64,000 nt of DNA from Phreatobacter sp. (GCF_027532945.1 NZ_JAPZTZ010000030.1:9199-73198), one strand, 5' to 3'; counted from the stretch's first letter, positions 1 through 10,611 are shown. Made by a program: numbers and translations. Notes: generated from the letters alone by a model not told the origin.

Positions 1-1934
1 GGGCGACCATCGAGCAGCACGGTGAAGGGCGGGCGGCCGCCCGTCGTGCGCACCACCAGCGGGTCCATCTCGCCGCGCACCGCGCCAAGATCGACGCGCA
101 CGCCGTCCGGCGGGAAAGCGATCTTCAGGTCGCGTGTGTCGCTTGCCTCCGCGCGCGCCGGACCGAAACGGCGGAGAGGAGCCGGCAGCTGCGCATGGGA
201 AAGCGCCGTTGCGCTCACCGGGCGCGGCGGCAGGGCCGCCGGCGCGCCGAGCCGCGCAAAGGCGTCGAACAGGATCGGTGCCGCCGCCGTTCGCCCGGTG
301 ATCCCCGGCACCGAGGAGCCATCGGGGCGACCGACCCAGACGGCGATGGTGCGGCGGCCGTCGAAGCCCACCGCCCAGGCATCGCGGAAGCCGTAGGACG
401 TACCGGTCTTGTAGGCGAGGCGGCCGGTCAGCGCCGCATCCGGCGCGGGCGCCTCGGTGAGGATGTCGCCGACATGCCAGGCCGCGGCCTCATCGGTGAC
501 GGGCCGGCCGGCAAGCTGCGGCGCGCCCAGCCGCTCGACGAGGGCCGGCATCTCGCCACCCCGGGCAAGGCCCGCATAAAGCGCCGCAAGGTCGGCGAGG
601 CGCAGGCCGACGCCGCCGAGGCCAACCGCAAGGCCCGGCACCTCGCCGCGCGGCAGCTGCGGGCGGATGCCGGCCTGTTCGAGCCGCGAGAAGAAGCGCT
701 GCGGCCCCACCGCCTCCAGCAACGCCACCGCCGGCACGTTCAGCGACATCTGCAGCGCGACGCGCGTCGACACCGTGCCCTGATAGCCGCGGTCGAAATT
801 GGCCGGCGCATAGGTGCCGAAGCGCGACGGCCGGTCCTCGATCAGCGTCTCGGGATGGGCGAGGCCCGCCTCATAGGCCATGGCGTAGATGAAGGGCTTG
901 AGCGTCGAGCCGGGCGAGCGCACCGCCCGGGTCATGTCCACCGCACCCTGCCGCTCCGTATCGAGCGGATCGGCGGCGCCGATGCGGGCGATGACCTCGC
1001 CGCTGCGGTGATCGATGGCGATGAGCGCGCCGGAGAGCCGCGCGCCTTGAGCCCTCACGCGATCGCGCAGCAGCGTCTCCAGCGCCTCTTGCGCCGTGCG
1101 GTCGAAGGCCATGCGGTGGACGCGGCGGGCGGGCTCGGCAGCGATCGCCTCGTTCGCCGCATGCCAGGCGAAGGTCGGCATGGGCCGGCGGGCCACCGGC
1201 ACGCGCTCGGCCTTGCCGGAGGCGACCTGTTCGGGCTTGAGCACGCCTGCGAGCAGCATCCGGTCGAGCACGCGGTCGCGGGCGCGCCGCGCGGCTTCGG
1301 GGTGGCGGTCGGGCCGCCGCGCTTCCGGCGATTGCGGGATGGCAACGAGGAGCGCAGCCTCGCCCGGCGACAGGCGGCGCGGCTCCTTGCCGAAATAGGC
1401 GAGCGAGGCAGCGCGGATGCCCTCGACATTGCCGCCGTAAGGAGCGAGCGACAGGTAGAGGTCGAGCATACGCGGCTTGCCGAGCTCGCGCTCGAGCCGG
1501 ACGGCGCGGGCGATCTCGCGCAGCTTCACGCTGAGCGACCGGCCGTCCTCGCGCTTGTCGATGAGCCGCGCCACCTGCATCGACAGGGTCGATCCGCCGG
1601 AGACGATGCGGCCATGGCGCAGCCACTGGCCAGTCGCGCGCGCGAGCGCGAGGGGGTCGACGCCGGGATGATGGGCGAAGCGGCGGTCCTCGAAGGCGGT
1701 GAGCATCTTCAGGAACAGCGGGTCGACCTCGGCGACGGCGCCGGGGAAGCGCCACATGTCGTCGTCGGTCTGGAAGGGGCGCAGCAGCCGGCCGTTGCGA
1801 TCCACCACCTCGCGCGAATAGGGCGTCGCAGCCCCGTCCGGCCCCGCGCCGGCCCGATGCAGCGCCACGAGCCCGCCGGCGCCGGCAAGCACGAGGCCGC
1901 CGGCGGCGAGCGCGAGAAGGCGGCGCCAGCCCAT
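1..1934 (-). CDS. pbpC: Penicillin-binding protein 1C (GT51 transglycosylase + transpeptidase); 3' end runs off the window
   Basis: ATG at 1934 overlaps the A2M stop (TGATG). Manual translation gives an N-terminal TM segment, EDRRF and SGGSTLSMQVAR (GT51), then RSPGSTLKPF (SxxK), MSLNVPA (SxN) and AYKTGTSYGFRDAW (KTG). Not in the ORF track because the frame stays open to the window edge. Confidence 0.93.
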   Translation of the reverse strand, partial: MGWRRLLALAAGGLVLAGAGGLVALHRAGAGPDGAATPYSREVVDRNGRLLRPFQTDDDMWRFPGAVAEVDPLFLKMLTAFEDRRFAHHPGVDPLALARATGQWLRHGRIVSGGSTLSMQVARLIDKREDGRSLSVKLREIARAVRLERELGKPRMLDLYLSLAPYGGNVEGIRAASLAYFGKEPRRLSPGEAALLVAIPQSPEARRPDRHPEAARRARDRVLDRMLLAGVLKPEQVASGKAERVPVARRPMPTFAWHAANEAIAAEPARRVHRMAFDRTAQEALETLLRDRVRAQGARLSGALIAIDHRSGEVIARIGAADPLDTERQGAVDMTRAVRSPGSTLKPFIYAMAYEAGLAHPETLIEDRPSRFGTYAPANFDRGYQGTVSTRVALQMSLNVPAVALLEAVGPQRFFSRLEQAGIRPQLPRGEVPGLAVGLGGVGLRLADLAALYAGLARGGEMPALVERLGAPQLAGRPVTDEAAAWHVGDILTEAPAPDAALTGRLAYKTGTSYGFRDAWAVGFDGRRTIAVWVGRPDGSSVPGITGRTAAAPILFDAFARLGAPAALPPRPVSATALSHAQLPAPLRRFGPARAEASDTRDLKIAFPPDGVRVDLGAVRGEMDPLVVRTTGGRPPFTVLLDGR

Positions 1935-4900
1935 CAGCGGCCCGCCGTGACCTCGGTCTGGGCGGTGGCGGTGCGCGCCGCCCGCTCGGGCCGGTACATG
2001 TCCTCGATGGTTGCTGGCGGCACGAGATAGCGGCCCGGCGTCACCGCGCGGATCATGTAGGCCACCTGCCAGGTGCCGGCGGCCTCCGAGGTCCGGCTAT
2101 AGGCGGCCATGAACCGGTCGTCGCGGAAGGCCTTGTAGTCCGGCTGGACGGCTTCCGCCGGCAGCCATTTCAGCGCTGAGGTCTCGGCCGAGGCGATGAG
2201 GCTCGGATTGTCGATCTCGAAGCCGGCGGGCAGGCGGTCGACCAGCATGATCTGGCCAAGCTGGGGCTGCGCCTCCGTCACCTGCAGCACCACCACAAGC
2301 CGCGTGCCCTGGGCGACACGGGCGATGTCGGCGGGCTGGCCGGTGAGCGTCATGTAGCGCCGCTGCAGCGTGAAGCCGCTCGCCGCCGCAGGTTCCGGCG
2401 TCGCCGGGGTGCCGGTGACGGTGACAACGGCGCGCGCCGCCTCCGGCCCGGTATTGCGCAGCGTCAGGCCGGTGCCGAGCTCGTCCGAGCGGATGGTGCG
2501 GGCGAGCGCCCCCTCATGGGCGGCGCCGCCGACATCGAGGCGGATGCGCTTCGCATCCTCGATCAGCGCCTGCGCCGCCAGCACCAGCCAGACCTTCTCC
2601 TGGGTGGAGAGGAAGCGGGTCCGGCCGCGCAGGTCCTCGACGACGCGCTGGGCGTCGGCGACGATGCGGCGCGTGACCCGCGCCTCGACGCCGAGCGCCA
2701 TGATGGCGGCGGCGTCGCGCAGCCGCGAGCCGTAGTCGAAGCGGCCCATGTCGGTCTGGCCGCGGGCGGTGAGCAGCGTCACCGCCGAGGCCATGACCCG
2801 CTCCGCCCTGCCCATGTCGCCCATGAGGGCTAGGGCCGCGCCGAGCTGGCCGCGCGCCACAGGCGTGCCGATCTCGTTCAGCTGGGTATCGGCGAGCCAG
2901 CGCAGCTCGGAGAGCGAGCCGCGGCCGTTGCGGGCGAGGACGTAATGCGCATAGGCGAGGTCCATGCCCTTGTTGTCACCGACGCCGTTGGTGGAGACGA
3001 CGAGGGTGCGCAGCCGTTCGATGGCGAGGTTAAACGCCGTCGTCGGGATGCCGTAGCCCTTCTCCTTCGCCCGCGACAGGAAGTCGGTCACATAGGCGTC
3101 GAGCCAGGGATCCTCGTTGGCGCCCGCATTCCACAGGCCGAAGGAGCCCGAGCCGGAGGCGCGCGACAGGATGCGCTCGATCGAGTCGGCGATGCGCTCG
3201 CGCACCGGCGTCTCGAGCCCGAGCCCACCCTCGGCGGCGGAGAGCACGTCGAGATAGAGCAGCGGCAGGGCCCGCGAGGTGATCTGCTCGGTGCAGCCGA
3301 ACGGATAGCGGTCGAGCGCCAGGATCAGGCCCGGCACGTCGATGGCCGTGGACGGGCCGACCGAGACAGCGACCTTCGCCGATCCGCGCAGGAAGTCGCC
3401 GAGCAGGTCGTTCGACACGGTCACCGACTGGCCGGGCTCCATGGTCAGCACCGTGCGGCGGGTGATGTCCGGCAGGGCCGGGCGCACGCCGAGCGCATAG
3501 CGCGAGGTGACATCGAGCCCGTTCGGTCCGGTGAGCTGCACCGACAGGTGGCCGACGCCGAGCCCGCTTGCCGCGAGCGGCAGCGAGACCGAGCCGCGGC
3601 CGCCGCTGGCGCCAAGCTGCACCGTCGCCTCCGTCTGCGACAGCCGCAGCGGGCCCTCGGGCCGCACGGTGACGCGATAGGCACCGGCCGGCCCCTCGGC
3701 ATTGACGAGGTCGAGCCGCGCCGTGGCACTGTCGGCATGGCCAAGCACGCGCGGCAGGGTCGCCGTGACCACCACGGGATCGCGGGCGATCACGTCGCGT
3801 GACGCCGAACCGTGCTTGGTCGTGGTCCAGGCCATGGCCATGAGCCGAACCGTGCCGTTGAAGTCGGGGATGTCGAACACCGCCTCGGCCGTGCCGTCGG
3901 GGCCGACAGTGAGGATGCCGGAGAACAGCGACAGCGGCTGCTGCGCCGGCGGCGCACCGGAGAAGCGGTTGCCCGGACCGTCGCCGCCGGAGCGGATGGA
4001 GCCGCGCACGGCCGACATGCCATCGATCAGCAAGCCGTAGAGGTCGCGCACCTCCGCCGAGAGCCGGCGCTGGCCGAGATAGTGCTCCTCGGGCTTCGGC
4101 GGCTGGTAATTCGTGATGGTGAGGATGCCGAGGTCGACGGCGGCAACCGTGACCCGTGCCTCCTCGCCGGGGGAGAGGCCCTCGACCTTCACCGGCACGC
4201 GCAAGGCGGTGCGCGGCGCCATCTTCTCCGGCGCGTCGAGCGTCACCTTGAGGCGGCGGGCCTCGGCGTCGATGCCGAACCAGGCGAGGCCGATCGCGCG
4301 CCCGGGCATGCGCGAGGCGGCGGCGTCCAGCGGCCGTCGCACGAAGACCGTCGCATAGGCACCCGAGCCCCAGTCGCGGCCGACCGGCACCTCGATGGTC
4401 GAGCGGCCCTGCGGCACGTCCACGGTGCGCTCGACGAGCAGCCGGTCGCCCATGACGGCGAGCGTGGCCGAGCCGGCGAAGCGGGCGTTGATCGACACCG
4501 TCATGGTCTCGCCCGACGCATAGGACGGCTTGTCGAGGCTCATCTCCAGCACGTCAGGCGTATCGGCCGTGCCGCCGGCGCCATAGCCGGATTCGAAGAT
4601 CACCGTGGTCATCGGCCCGGCGACATCGCCGCCCGACGTAACTTCGAGGCGGTACTTGCCCCAGGGCACCGGTGCGCCGATGCGCGGCGCCGCGCCCGTG
4701 GTGGTCGCCTGCACCTCGCCATCGGCGACCCGGCGCGTCGTGACCACCGACTGGCTCGACCAGCCCGACATGCCGCGGGTCCAGATCCAGCGCGTCTCGA
4801 GGCGCAGCAACTGCCAGGTAAGCGGCGCGGCGCGGCGGGTGCGGCCGTCGGCGGCCACCGCGATGAGCTCGAAGGACGCCGTCTCGTTCTCGCCGACGCG

Positions 4901-7312
4901 GTCACCCTCGAAGAGCGGCTTGACGCCGATCAGCGGCGTGCCCGGCAGCACCGGCAGCGTCGCGGTGCGCTCCACGGCGCGCCCACCCGGCTCGGCGACC
5001 CGAACCTGCAGGCGGGCCGAGAGCGGCCGCGTCGTGTCCTCCATGCGCGGCAGGCGCGCCGCGATGGTGGCCTTGCCGGCGTCGTCGGTGGTCAGCCCGT
5101 CGGGCAGCGGCTCGCGATCGCGCTTCGCCTCTTCGTCGCCAAGGCCGAAGCGGAAGCCGGGAAAGTCCGGCAGGCCCGGCGTCGTCTCCATGACGACCTC
5201 GCCCTCGATGCCGAGATTGGCGCCGGGCATGCCGAAGAGGTAGCGCGCATCGACGGTCGCGCCGAAGGGCGCGGTGCGGGCGAGGCGCTGCTCGGTCGGC
5301 GTCAGCTCGAAGGCGATGCGGTCGGGCACGAAGTCCTCGACCATGAAGCGCACCTCGCCGGCTGTCGGCGCGCGCGGATCGGTGATGGCGCGGATGCGCC
5401 AGGTGCCGGTCGGGGCCGAGGAGACGATCGGGATGGGCACGGCGCGGGCGCCAGCGCCCTGGTCCTGCGAGACGATGCGGCGATATTCGACGCCGTCCGG
5501 TCGCTCGACCACGAGGGTCAGCGGCAGGCTCGGCACCGCATCGCCCTTGGCGTCGCGCAGGAGGGCGGTGAGATAGACCGTCTCGCCCGGGCGGTAGATG
5601 CCGCGCTCAGGCACGAGGAAGGCGTCGAGCGGGCCCGTGACCTCGCGGCCCGCGACGCCGCGATCGGAGAGGTCGAAGGCGGGCTGGCGCAGGTTGAGGA
5701 AGGAATAGTCGCCCTGGCCCGTCTGGGCGACGAGCAGCGCCGGGGCCTGCGAGCCCTCGCCGCGGGTGAGGCCGGGGGCGAAACGGACGCGGCCAGACGT
5801 GTCGGTGCGGCCGGTGCCGAGCACCTCGTTGTTGCGGGCGAGCAGCCGCACCTCGACATCGGCCAGCGGCTTCGCCGAATTCAGCGAATGGACGAAGCCG
5901 TGGACGCCGTCGATGCCCGAGAGCGCAGTCAGGCCGAGGTCGGAGACGATGAACCACTGGGCGACACGGCCGTCGCCGCTGTAATCCTCGCCCTCAGGCG
6001 GCCGCTGGGCATTGGTCGGCTTGGCGGTGACGACATAGACGCCGGGTTCGAGCGTCCGCACCGCCTCGTCGATCGGCAGGGCCGTGGCCACATCGGCGTT
6101 GAGGCGGTTCTCGGTCTCCAGCGTGCCCTTCCAGACGCGGATGCCGCGCTCGGCAATGAGCTGCTGCATCTCGAAGCTTTCGAGCGGCTTCGGGAACTCT
6201 TCCTGGATCGTCTGGGCGATGGAGCGGTCGCCCATGCGGACGATCTCGACATCCACCGAGGCGAGGTTGACGGTGACCACCGGCAGGCCGCGCTGGCCGG
6301 TGCGCGGCAGCACATAGGAGCGACCGGAGAAGCGCACCGCCGGGGTGCGGTCGCGAACATAGACGGTGACGTCGATGTTGCGGGTCAGGCTCTCACCGGG
6401 GATCTCGGAGGGCAGGCCCTCGCGGACCTGGAACGTGTAGCGCTCGCCATGGCGCAGCCCGTCGACACAGATCTGCCGGTCCTCGACGGTGATCGGCGGA
6501 TTGTTGACGCCGGTCTGCCTGATATAGGGGGCGAAGTCGGTGCGGCCGCGCTTCAGCGCCTCAGTGAAGACGAAGCAGGCGCGCGGGCGCGTGGCGTCGG
6601 AATCGACCTTGGTCTCGCGGAAGCGAAAGCCATGCTGCTCGCGCAGGCGATTATAGGCATCGCGCGCCTCGGGCGTGTCGCGGGTCTCGACGACGAGGCG
6701 GGCCACGTCGATGGCCGGCCGCCACTGCTGCCGCGCCACCAGCACCTGGCGGATATGGGCCAGGGCGAAGGCCTCCTCGTTGCGGTTGGCCGAGCGGCGA
6801 TAGGCCATATAGGCCGAGCCCATGATGTCGTTTTGCAGCTGTTCGCGCTCGCGCCATTCATTGGTGCGGACGCCGGACAGCGCCTGCGAATAGCGCACCC
6901 AGGGAGCCGAATCCGTGCCGGAACGCAGCGCGATGGATTCCCAGGCGCGGGCGGCGGCGCGGAAGTCGCCGCGCGTGGCGGCCGCGGCGGCGTCGCGGCG
7001 GATGTCGGCGATGGGACGGCTGTCGGCGGCCTGCTTCGTTGCGATCGAGGCCTCGAAGCGGCGGGCCTGCTCGGCGAGGTCGTCGCGCTGGAAGGCGCGC
7101 AGCGGCGGCAGGGCCGGGGCGGGCGACGCCGGGCTGCGCTGGGGCTGCGGCTGGGTGGCATCGGGGCGGCGCTGGGGCGGAGGCGGGGCCTGGGCGAGAT
7201 CGATGAGCTCAGGCTCGGACGTCTGCGCGCGCACCGGCGTGAGCGGCGAGAGACCCAGAATAGCGGCGACGACAAACGGCCCCGCGGCCGCAACAAGACC
7301 TCGGATGCGCAT
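1934..7312 (-). CDS. Bacterial alpha-2-macroglobulin (YfhM family)
   Basis: About 1790 aa, intact thioester motif YPFGCTEQ, MG-type repeats (FLVPERGIYRPGETV), C-terminal RDDRF and PPATIEDMYRP. Start moved to 7312 (AGGA RBS). Translationally coupled to pbpC. Confidence 0.93.
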   Translation of the reverse strand: MRIRGLVAAAGPFVVAAILGLSPLTPVRAQTSEPELIDLAQAPPPPQRRPDATQPQPQRSPASPAPALPPLRAFQRDDLAEQARRFEASIATKQAADSRPIADIRRDAAAAATRGDFRAAARAWESIALRSGTDSAPWVRYSQALSGVRTNEWREREQLQNDIMGSAYMAYRRSANRNEEAFALAHIRQVLVARQQWRPAIDVARLVVETRDTPEARDAYNRLREQHGFRFRETKVDSDATRPRACFVFTEALKRGRTDFAPYIRQTGVNNPPITVEDRQICVDGLRHGERYTFQVREGLPSEIPGESLTRNIDVTVYVRDRTPAVRFSGRSYVLPRTGQRGLPVVTVNLASVDVEIVRMGDRSIAQTIQEEFPKPLESFEMQQLIAERGIRVWKGTLETENRLNADVATALPIDEAVRTLEPGVYVVTAKPTNAQRPPEGEDYSGDGRVAQWFIVSDLGLTALSGIDGVHGFVHSLNSAKPLADVEVRLLARNNEVLGTGRTDTSGRVRFAPGLTRGEGSQAPALLVAQTGQGDYSFLNLRQPAFDLSDRGVAGREVTGPLDAFLVPERGIYRPGETVYLTALLRDAKGDAVPSLPLTLVVERPDGVEYRRIVSQDQGAGARAVPIPIVSSAPTGTWRIRAITDPRAPTAGEVRFMVEDFVPDRIAFELTPTEQRLARTAPFGATVDARYLFGMPGANLGIEGEVVMETTPGLPDFPGFRFGLGDEEAKRDREPLPDGLTTDDAGKATIAARLPRMEDTTRPLSARLQVRVAEPGGRAVERTATLPVLPGTPLIGVKPLFEGDRVGENETASFELIAVAADGRTRRAAPLTWQLLRLETRWIWTRGMSGWSSQSVVTTRRVADGEVQATTTGAAPRIGAPVPWGKYRLEVTSGGDVAGPMTTVIFESGYGAGGTADTPDVLEMSLDKPSYASGETMTVSINARFAGSATLAVMGDRLLVERTVDVPQGRSTIEVPVGRDWGSGAYATVFVRRPLDAAASRMPGRAIGLAWFGIDAEARRLKVTLDAPEKMAPRTALRVPVKVEGLSPGEEARVTVAAVDLGILTITNYQPPKPEEHYLGQRRLSAEVRDLYGLLIDGMSAVRGSIRSGGDGPGNRFSGAPPAQQPLSLFSGILTVGPDGTAEAVFDIPDFNGTVRLMAMAWTTTKHGSASRDVIARDPVVVTATLPRVLGHADSATARLDLVNAEGPAGAYRVTVRPEGPLRLSQTEATVQLGASGGRGSVSLPLAASGLGVGHLSVQLTGPNGLDVTSRYALGVRPALPDITRRTVLTMEPGQSVTVSNDLLGDFLRGSAKVAVSVGPSTAIDVPGLILALDRYPFGCTEQITSRALPLLYLDVLSAAEGGLGLETPVRERIADSIERILSRASGSGSFGLWNAGANEDPWLDAYVTDFLSRAKEKGYGIPTTAFNLAIERLRTLVVSTNGVGDNKGMDLAYAHYVLARNGRGSLSELRWLADTQLNEIGTPVARGQLGAALALMGDMGRAERVMASAVTLLTARGQTDMGRFDYGSRLRDAAAIMALGVEARVTRRIVADAQRVVEDLRGRTRFLSTQEKVWLVLAAQALIEDAKRIRLDVGGAAHEGALARTIRSDELGTGLTLRNTGPEAARAVVTVTGTPATPEPAAASGFTLQRRYMTLTGQPADIARVAQGTRLVVVLQVTEAQPQLGQIMLVDRLPAGFEIDNPSLIASAETSALKWLPAEAVQPDYKAFRDDRFMAAYSRTSEAAGTWQVAYMIRAVTPGRYLVPPATIEDMYRPERAARTATAQTEVTAGR

Positions 7313-7434
7313 GGTTCCTGCCCTCACTCGCGTGCCGATCGCCCGACGGCCGCATCACGGACTGTCCCATCCGCCCATGACGCGAACAATAAGGGCTGAT
7401 ACGTAATTCCCCTAAGCGGAAGGGTGAGGCGGCC

Positions 7435-8415
7435 TCATCCCGCCATGACCGCCTTGGCAGCAGCGACGATCTTTGCCGGGGTGACCTTCACGGCATCTTC
7501 CAGCGGTGGCGAGAAGGGCACGGGGATGCGCGGCGCGCCGAGCCGGCGGGCGGCCTTCACCCTTGCCGGGCCGAGGCGCTCGATCACGGTGGAGACCACC
7601 TCGGCGCCAAAGCCGGCTGCCGTCACGGCCTCCTGGACCACCAGCAGCCGCCCGGTCTTCTCCACCGAGGCGCAGACCGCCGCCTCGTCCCAGGGCCAGA
7701 GGGTGCGCAGGTCGATGACATCGGCAGCGATACCCTCCGCGGCAAGCGTTGCCGCCGCCTGCTCGACCGCCGGCAGGATCGCCGACCATGAGACGAGGGT
7801 GAGATCACGCCCCTCGCGCACGGTCCGCGCCTTGCCGAAGGGGATCGGCTCGATGACCTGGGCCACCTCGCCGGTGAGCGGAAAGAGGTTCTTCGGATCG
7901 AAGAACAGCACGGGATCATCAGAGCGGATGGCGCTGACCAGCAGTCCCGCCGCATCGGCCGGGGTCGAGGGCGTCACCACGATGACGCCGGGCAGGTGGA
8001 CGAACCAGGCCTCCAGCATCTGGCTGTGCTGAGCCGCCGAGTTACGCCAGATGCCGTGCGGCATCCGCACCACGACGGAGGGCTTCGCCTGGCCGCCGAA
8101 CATGTAGCGGATCTTGGCGATCTGGTTCACCAGCTCGTCCATGGCGCACATGACGAAGTCGAAGATGCGCATCTCGATGATCGGCCGCGTGCCGACCAGC
8201 GCCGCGCCGAGCCCGGCGCCCATGATCACCGATTCCGAAATGGGCGTGGAGACAACCCGCTCCGGCCCGAATTCCGGGAGGAAGTCCTTGTACTGGCCGT
8301 AGAGGCCGCCGCGGGCGACATCCTCGCCGAGGACCCAGACGGTGGGGTCGCGCCGCATTTCCTGCAGGGCGGCGAGGCGGACAGCCTCGACCAGGGTGAC
8401 CGACTGCCCGCTCAT
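7435..8415 (-). CDS. 2-oxoacid/acetoin dehydrogenase E1 beta subunit
   Basis: LGEDV, TPISE and RPIIEM motifs and a transketolase C-terminal domain (VIDLRTLWPWD); overlaps the E1 alpha stop (ATGA). Confidence 0.9.
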   Translation of the reverse strand: MSGQSVTLVEAVRLAALQEMRRDPTVWVLGEDVARGGLYGQYKDFLPEFGPERVVSTPISESVIMGAGLGAALVGTRPIIEMRIFDFVMCAMDELVNQIAKIRYMFGGQAKPSVVVRMPHGIWRNSAAQHSQMLEAWFVHLPGVIVVTPSTPADAAGLLVSAIRSDDPVLFFDPKNLFPLTGEVAQVIEPIPFGKARTVREGRDLTLVSWSAILPAVEQAAATLAAEGIAADVIDLRTLWPWDEAAVCASVEKTGRLLVVQEAVTAAGFGAEVVSTVIERLGPARVKAARRLGAPRIPVPFSPPLEDAVKVTPAKIVAAAKAVMAG

Positions 8416-9407
8416 GCCGAAACTCCCGAATAGGCGACCGCGCCGACGTCCTGCACATCCTCGTAGGCGATGGCCTCCTGCGGCCAGGGCGCCGCCTTGG
8501 CGTCGGCCACCGCCGCATCCATCTCCTCGCGCGCGGCCTTGCGGACAGCGTCGAGATCCGCCGCCGCGATCCCGCGCTCGGCGAGGACCACCGCCAGCCG
8601 GTCGATCGGGTCGCGCGTCTTCGCCTCCTCGACGCTGGCCGGGTCGCGCCAGGCGGCGGCATCGGTCGAGGTGTGGCCGGTGATGCGGAAGGTGCGGGCG
8701 TGAAGGAGCCGCGGCCCCTTGCCGGCGCGCACCTCGGCGACCAGCCGCGCCGCCGCCTCATCCACCGCCATGACGTCGTTGCCGTCGACGCTCACCCCCG
8801 GCACGCCGAGAGCCTCGGCGCGCGCCATGACGCCCGGGCCGGCCGTCACCGTGTCGGTGGCGGTGAAGGCGGAAACGCCATTGTCCTCGCAGATGAAGAG
8901 AACGGGGAGCTGGTAGAGCGCCGCCCAGTTCAGCCCTTCGAGGAAGGGCCCGCGGTTGATGGCGCCGTCGCCGAAGAAGCACACCGCGATGGCGCTCGAG
9001 CGCATCATCTTGAGGCCCTGCGCCGCGCCGACCGCGATGGGGATGCCGCCGGAGACGACGCCGTTCGCCCCGAGCATGCCGACCGAGAAGTCGGCAATGT
9101 GCATGGAGCCGCCCTTGCCGCGGCAATGGCCGCCGTCGCGGCCGAAGAGCTCGCGCATCATGCCCTGGACCCCCGCGCCCTTGGCGATGGCGTGGCCATG
9201 ACCGCGATGGTTCGAGGTGATGCGGTCCTCGGTGGCAAGGTTCAGGCAGACGCCGGTCGCGACCCCCTCCTGGCCGATGGAGACATGCAGCGGCCCGGGC
9301 ACGACGCCCTCCTTGTGGGCGTTGAGCGCCGCGGTCTCGAAGGCGCGGATGCGGCACATGGTGCCGAAGAGATCCAGCAGGCGCTGGACATTGTGGGTGC
9401 TCTGCAT
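8412..9407 (-). CDS. 2-oxoacid/acetoin dehydrogenase E1 alpha subunit (TPP-dependent)
   Basis: HRGHGH, GKGGSMH, TPP motif FGDGA...EDN, RITGHTSTD. Start refined to MQSTHN at 9407. Confidence 0.9.
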   Translation of the reverse strand: MQSTHNVQRLLDLFGTMCRIRAFETAALNAHKEGVVPGPLHVSIGQEGVATGVCLNLATEDRITSNHRGHGHAIAKGAGVQGMMRELFGRDGGHCRGKGGSMHIADFSVGMLGANGVVSGGIPIAVGAAQGLKMMRSSAIAVCFFGDGAINRGPFLEGLNWAALYQLPVLFICEDNGVSAFTATDTVTAGPGVMARAEALGVPGVSVDGNDVMAVDEAAARLVAEVRAGKGPRLLHARTFRITGHTSTDAAAWRDPASVEEAKTRDPIDRLAVVLAERGIAAADLDAVRKAAREEMDAAVADAKAAPWPQEAIAYEDVQDVGAVAYSGVSA

Positions 9408-9435
9408 CGGCTCTGGTCCAGGGTGAGGTGGCGCG

Positions 9436-10611
9436 TCAGTAGGATTTCGGGAGGTCGAGGACCTTCTCCGCAATGAAGGAGAGGATGAGCTGGGCAGAAA
9501 CCGGCGCGAGGCGGGGGATCCAGGCCTCGCGCAGGTAGCGCTCGACATGGAACTCGCGGGCATAGCCCATGCCGCCGAGCGTCATCACGGCTGTTTCGCA
9601 GGCGCGGTAGCCGGCCTCCGCCGCCAGATATTTGGCGGCATTGGCATGGGGACCGCAGGGCTCGCCGCGGTCATAGAGCGTCGCCGCCTTGAGCATCATC
9701 AGCTCGGCCGCTTCCAGCTCCATCCAGCGCTCGGCTAGGGGATGCTGGATGCCCTGGTTCTGGCCGATGGGCCGGTCGAAGACGCGGCGGTCCTGGGCAT
9801 AGGCGCTGGCCCGCTTCAGCGCGGCGCGCCCGAGGCCGATGGCCTCGGCGGCGATGAGGATGCGCTCGGGGTTCAGCCCGTGCAGGATGATGTCGAAGCC
9901 CTTGCCCTCCTCGCCGATGAGGTCGGCGGCGGGCACGGGCAGGCGGTCGAAGAAGACCTGGTTCGAATCGACGGCCTTGCGGCCCATCTTGGCGATCTCG
10001 CGCACCTCGACATGGGCGCGGTCCAGCGTCGTGTAGAACAGCGACAACCCGTCGGTGCGGCGTTTGACATCGGAGAGCGGCGTGGTGCGCGCCAGCAGCA
10101 GGATCTTGTCGGCGACCTGCGCCGTCGAGGTCCAGATCTTCTGCCCCGTGACCACATAGACATCGCCCTGCCGCTCGGCCCGCGTCTTGATCTTCAGCGT
10201 GTCGAGGCCGGCATCGGGCTCGGTCACGCCGAAACAGGCCTTCTCGCGCCCCTGGATCAGCGGCGGGAGCATGCGCGCCTGCTGCGCCTCGGTCCCTTTC
10301 ACCACGACGGGGTTGAGCCCGAAAATATTGAGATGGATGGCGGAGGCCCCCGACATGCCGGCGCCGGAGGCGGCGATCGCCTCCATCAACAGCGCTGCCT
10401 CGGTGATGCCGAGGCCCGAGCCGCCATGGGCCTCCGGCATGGCGATGCCGAGGAAGCCGGCCTCGGCGAAGGCGGCATGGAAATCGTGCGGAAAACCGCC
10501 CTTGGTGTCGCGCTCGAGCCAATAGTCGTCGCCGAACCGACTGCAGAGGCGGATCACCGCCTCACGCAGGGCCTGCTGATCGGCTGAGAGCGAGAAATCC
10601 ATGGTGCTCAT
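9436..10611 (-). CDS. Acyl-CoA dehydrogenase family protein
   Basis: FGVTEPDAGLD, TGQKIWTS, LNPERILIA, FDRPIGQNQGIQH, LGGMGYAREFHVERYLRE. ATG at 10611 overlaps the Bug stop (ATGA). Confidence 0.92.
   Translation of the reverse strand: MSTMDFSLSADQQALREAVIRLCSRFGDDYWLERDTKGGFPHDFHAAFAEAGFLGIAMPEAHGGSGLGITEAALLMEAIAASGAGMSGASAIHLNIFGLNPVVVKGTEAQQARMLPPLIQGREKACFGVTEPDAGLDTLKIKTRAERQGDVYVVTGQKIWTSTAQVADKILLLARTTPLSDVKRRTDGLSLFYTTLDRAHVEVREIAKMGRKAVDSNQVFFDRLPVPAADLIGEEGKGFDIILHGLNPERILIAAEAIGLGRAALKRASAYAQDRRVFDRPIGQNQGIQHPLAERWMELEAAELMMLKAATLYDRGEPCGPHANAAKYLAAEAGYRACETAVMTLGGMGYAREFHVERYLREAWIPRLAPVSAQLILSFIAEKVLDLPKSY

Noticed and set aside
3812-7399. 1195-aa plus-strand ORF, and similar long ORFs at 195-2030, 21775-24546, 28627-30756, 53355-54992, 58962-60782 and 60575-62782
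   Set aside because: Antisense shadow frames of well-supported genes in high-GC DNA; Arg/Gly/Ala-rich with no family motifs.
7350-7410. ECF-sigma-like GGAAT-N17-TGTT upstream of the A2M gene (and GGAAC-N17-CGTG at ~50782-50807)
   Set aside because: Mismatches to GGAAC-N16/17-CGTT in short motifs; not distinguishable from chance.
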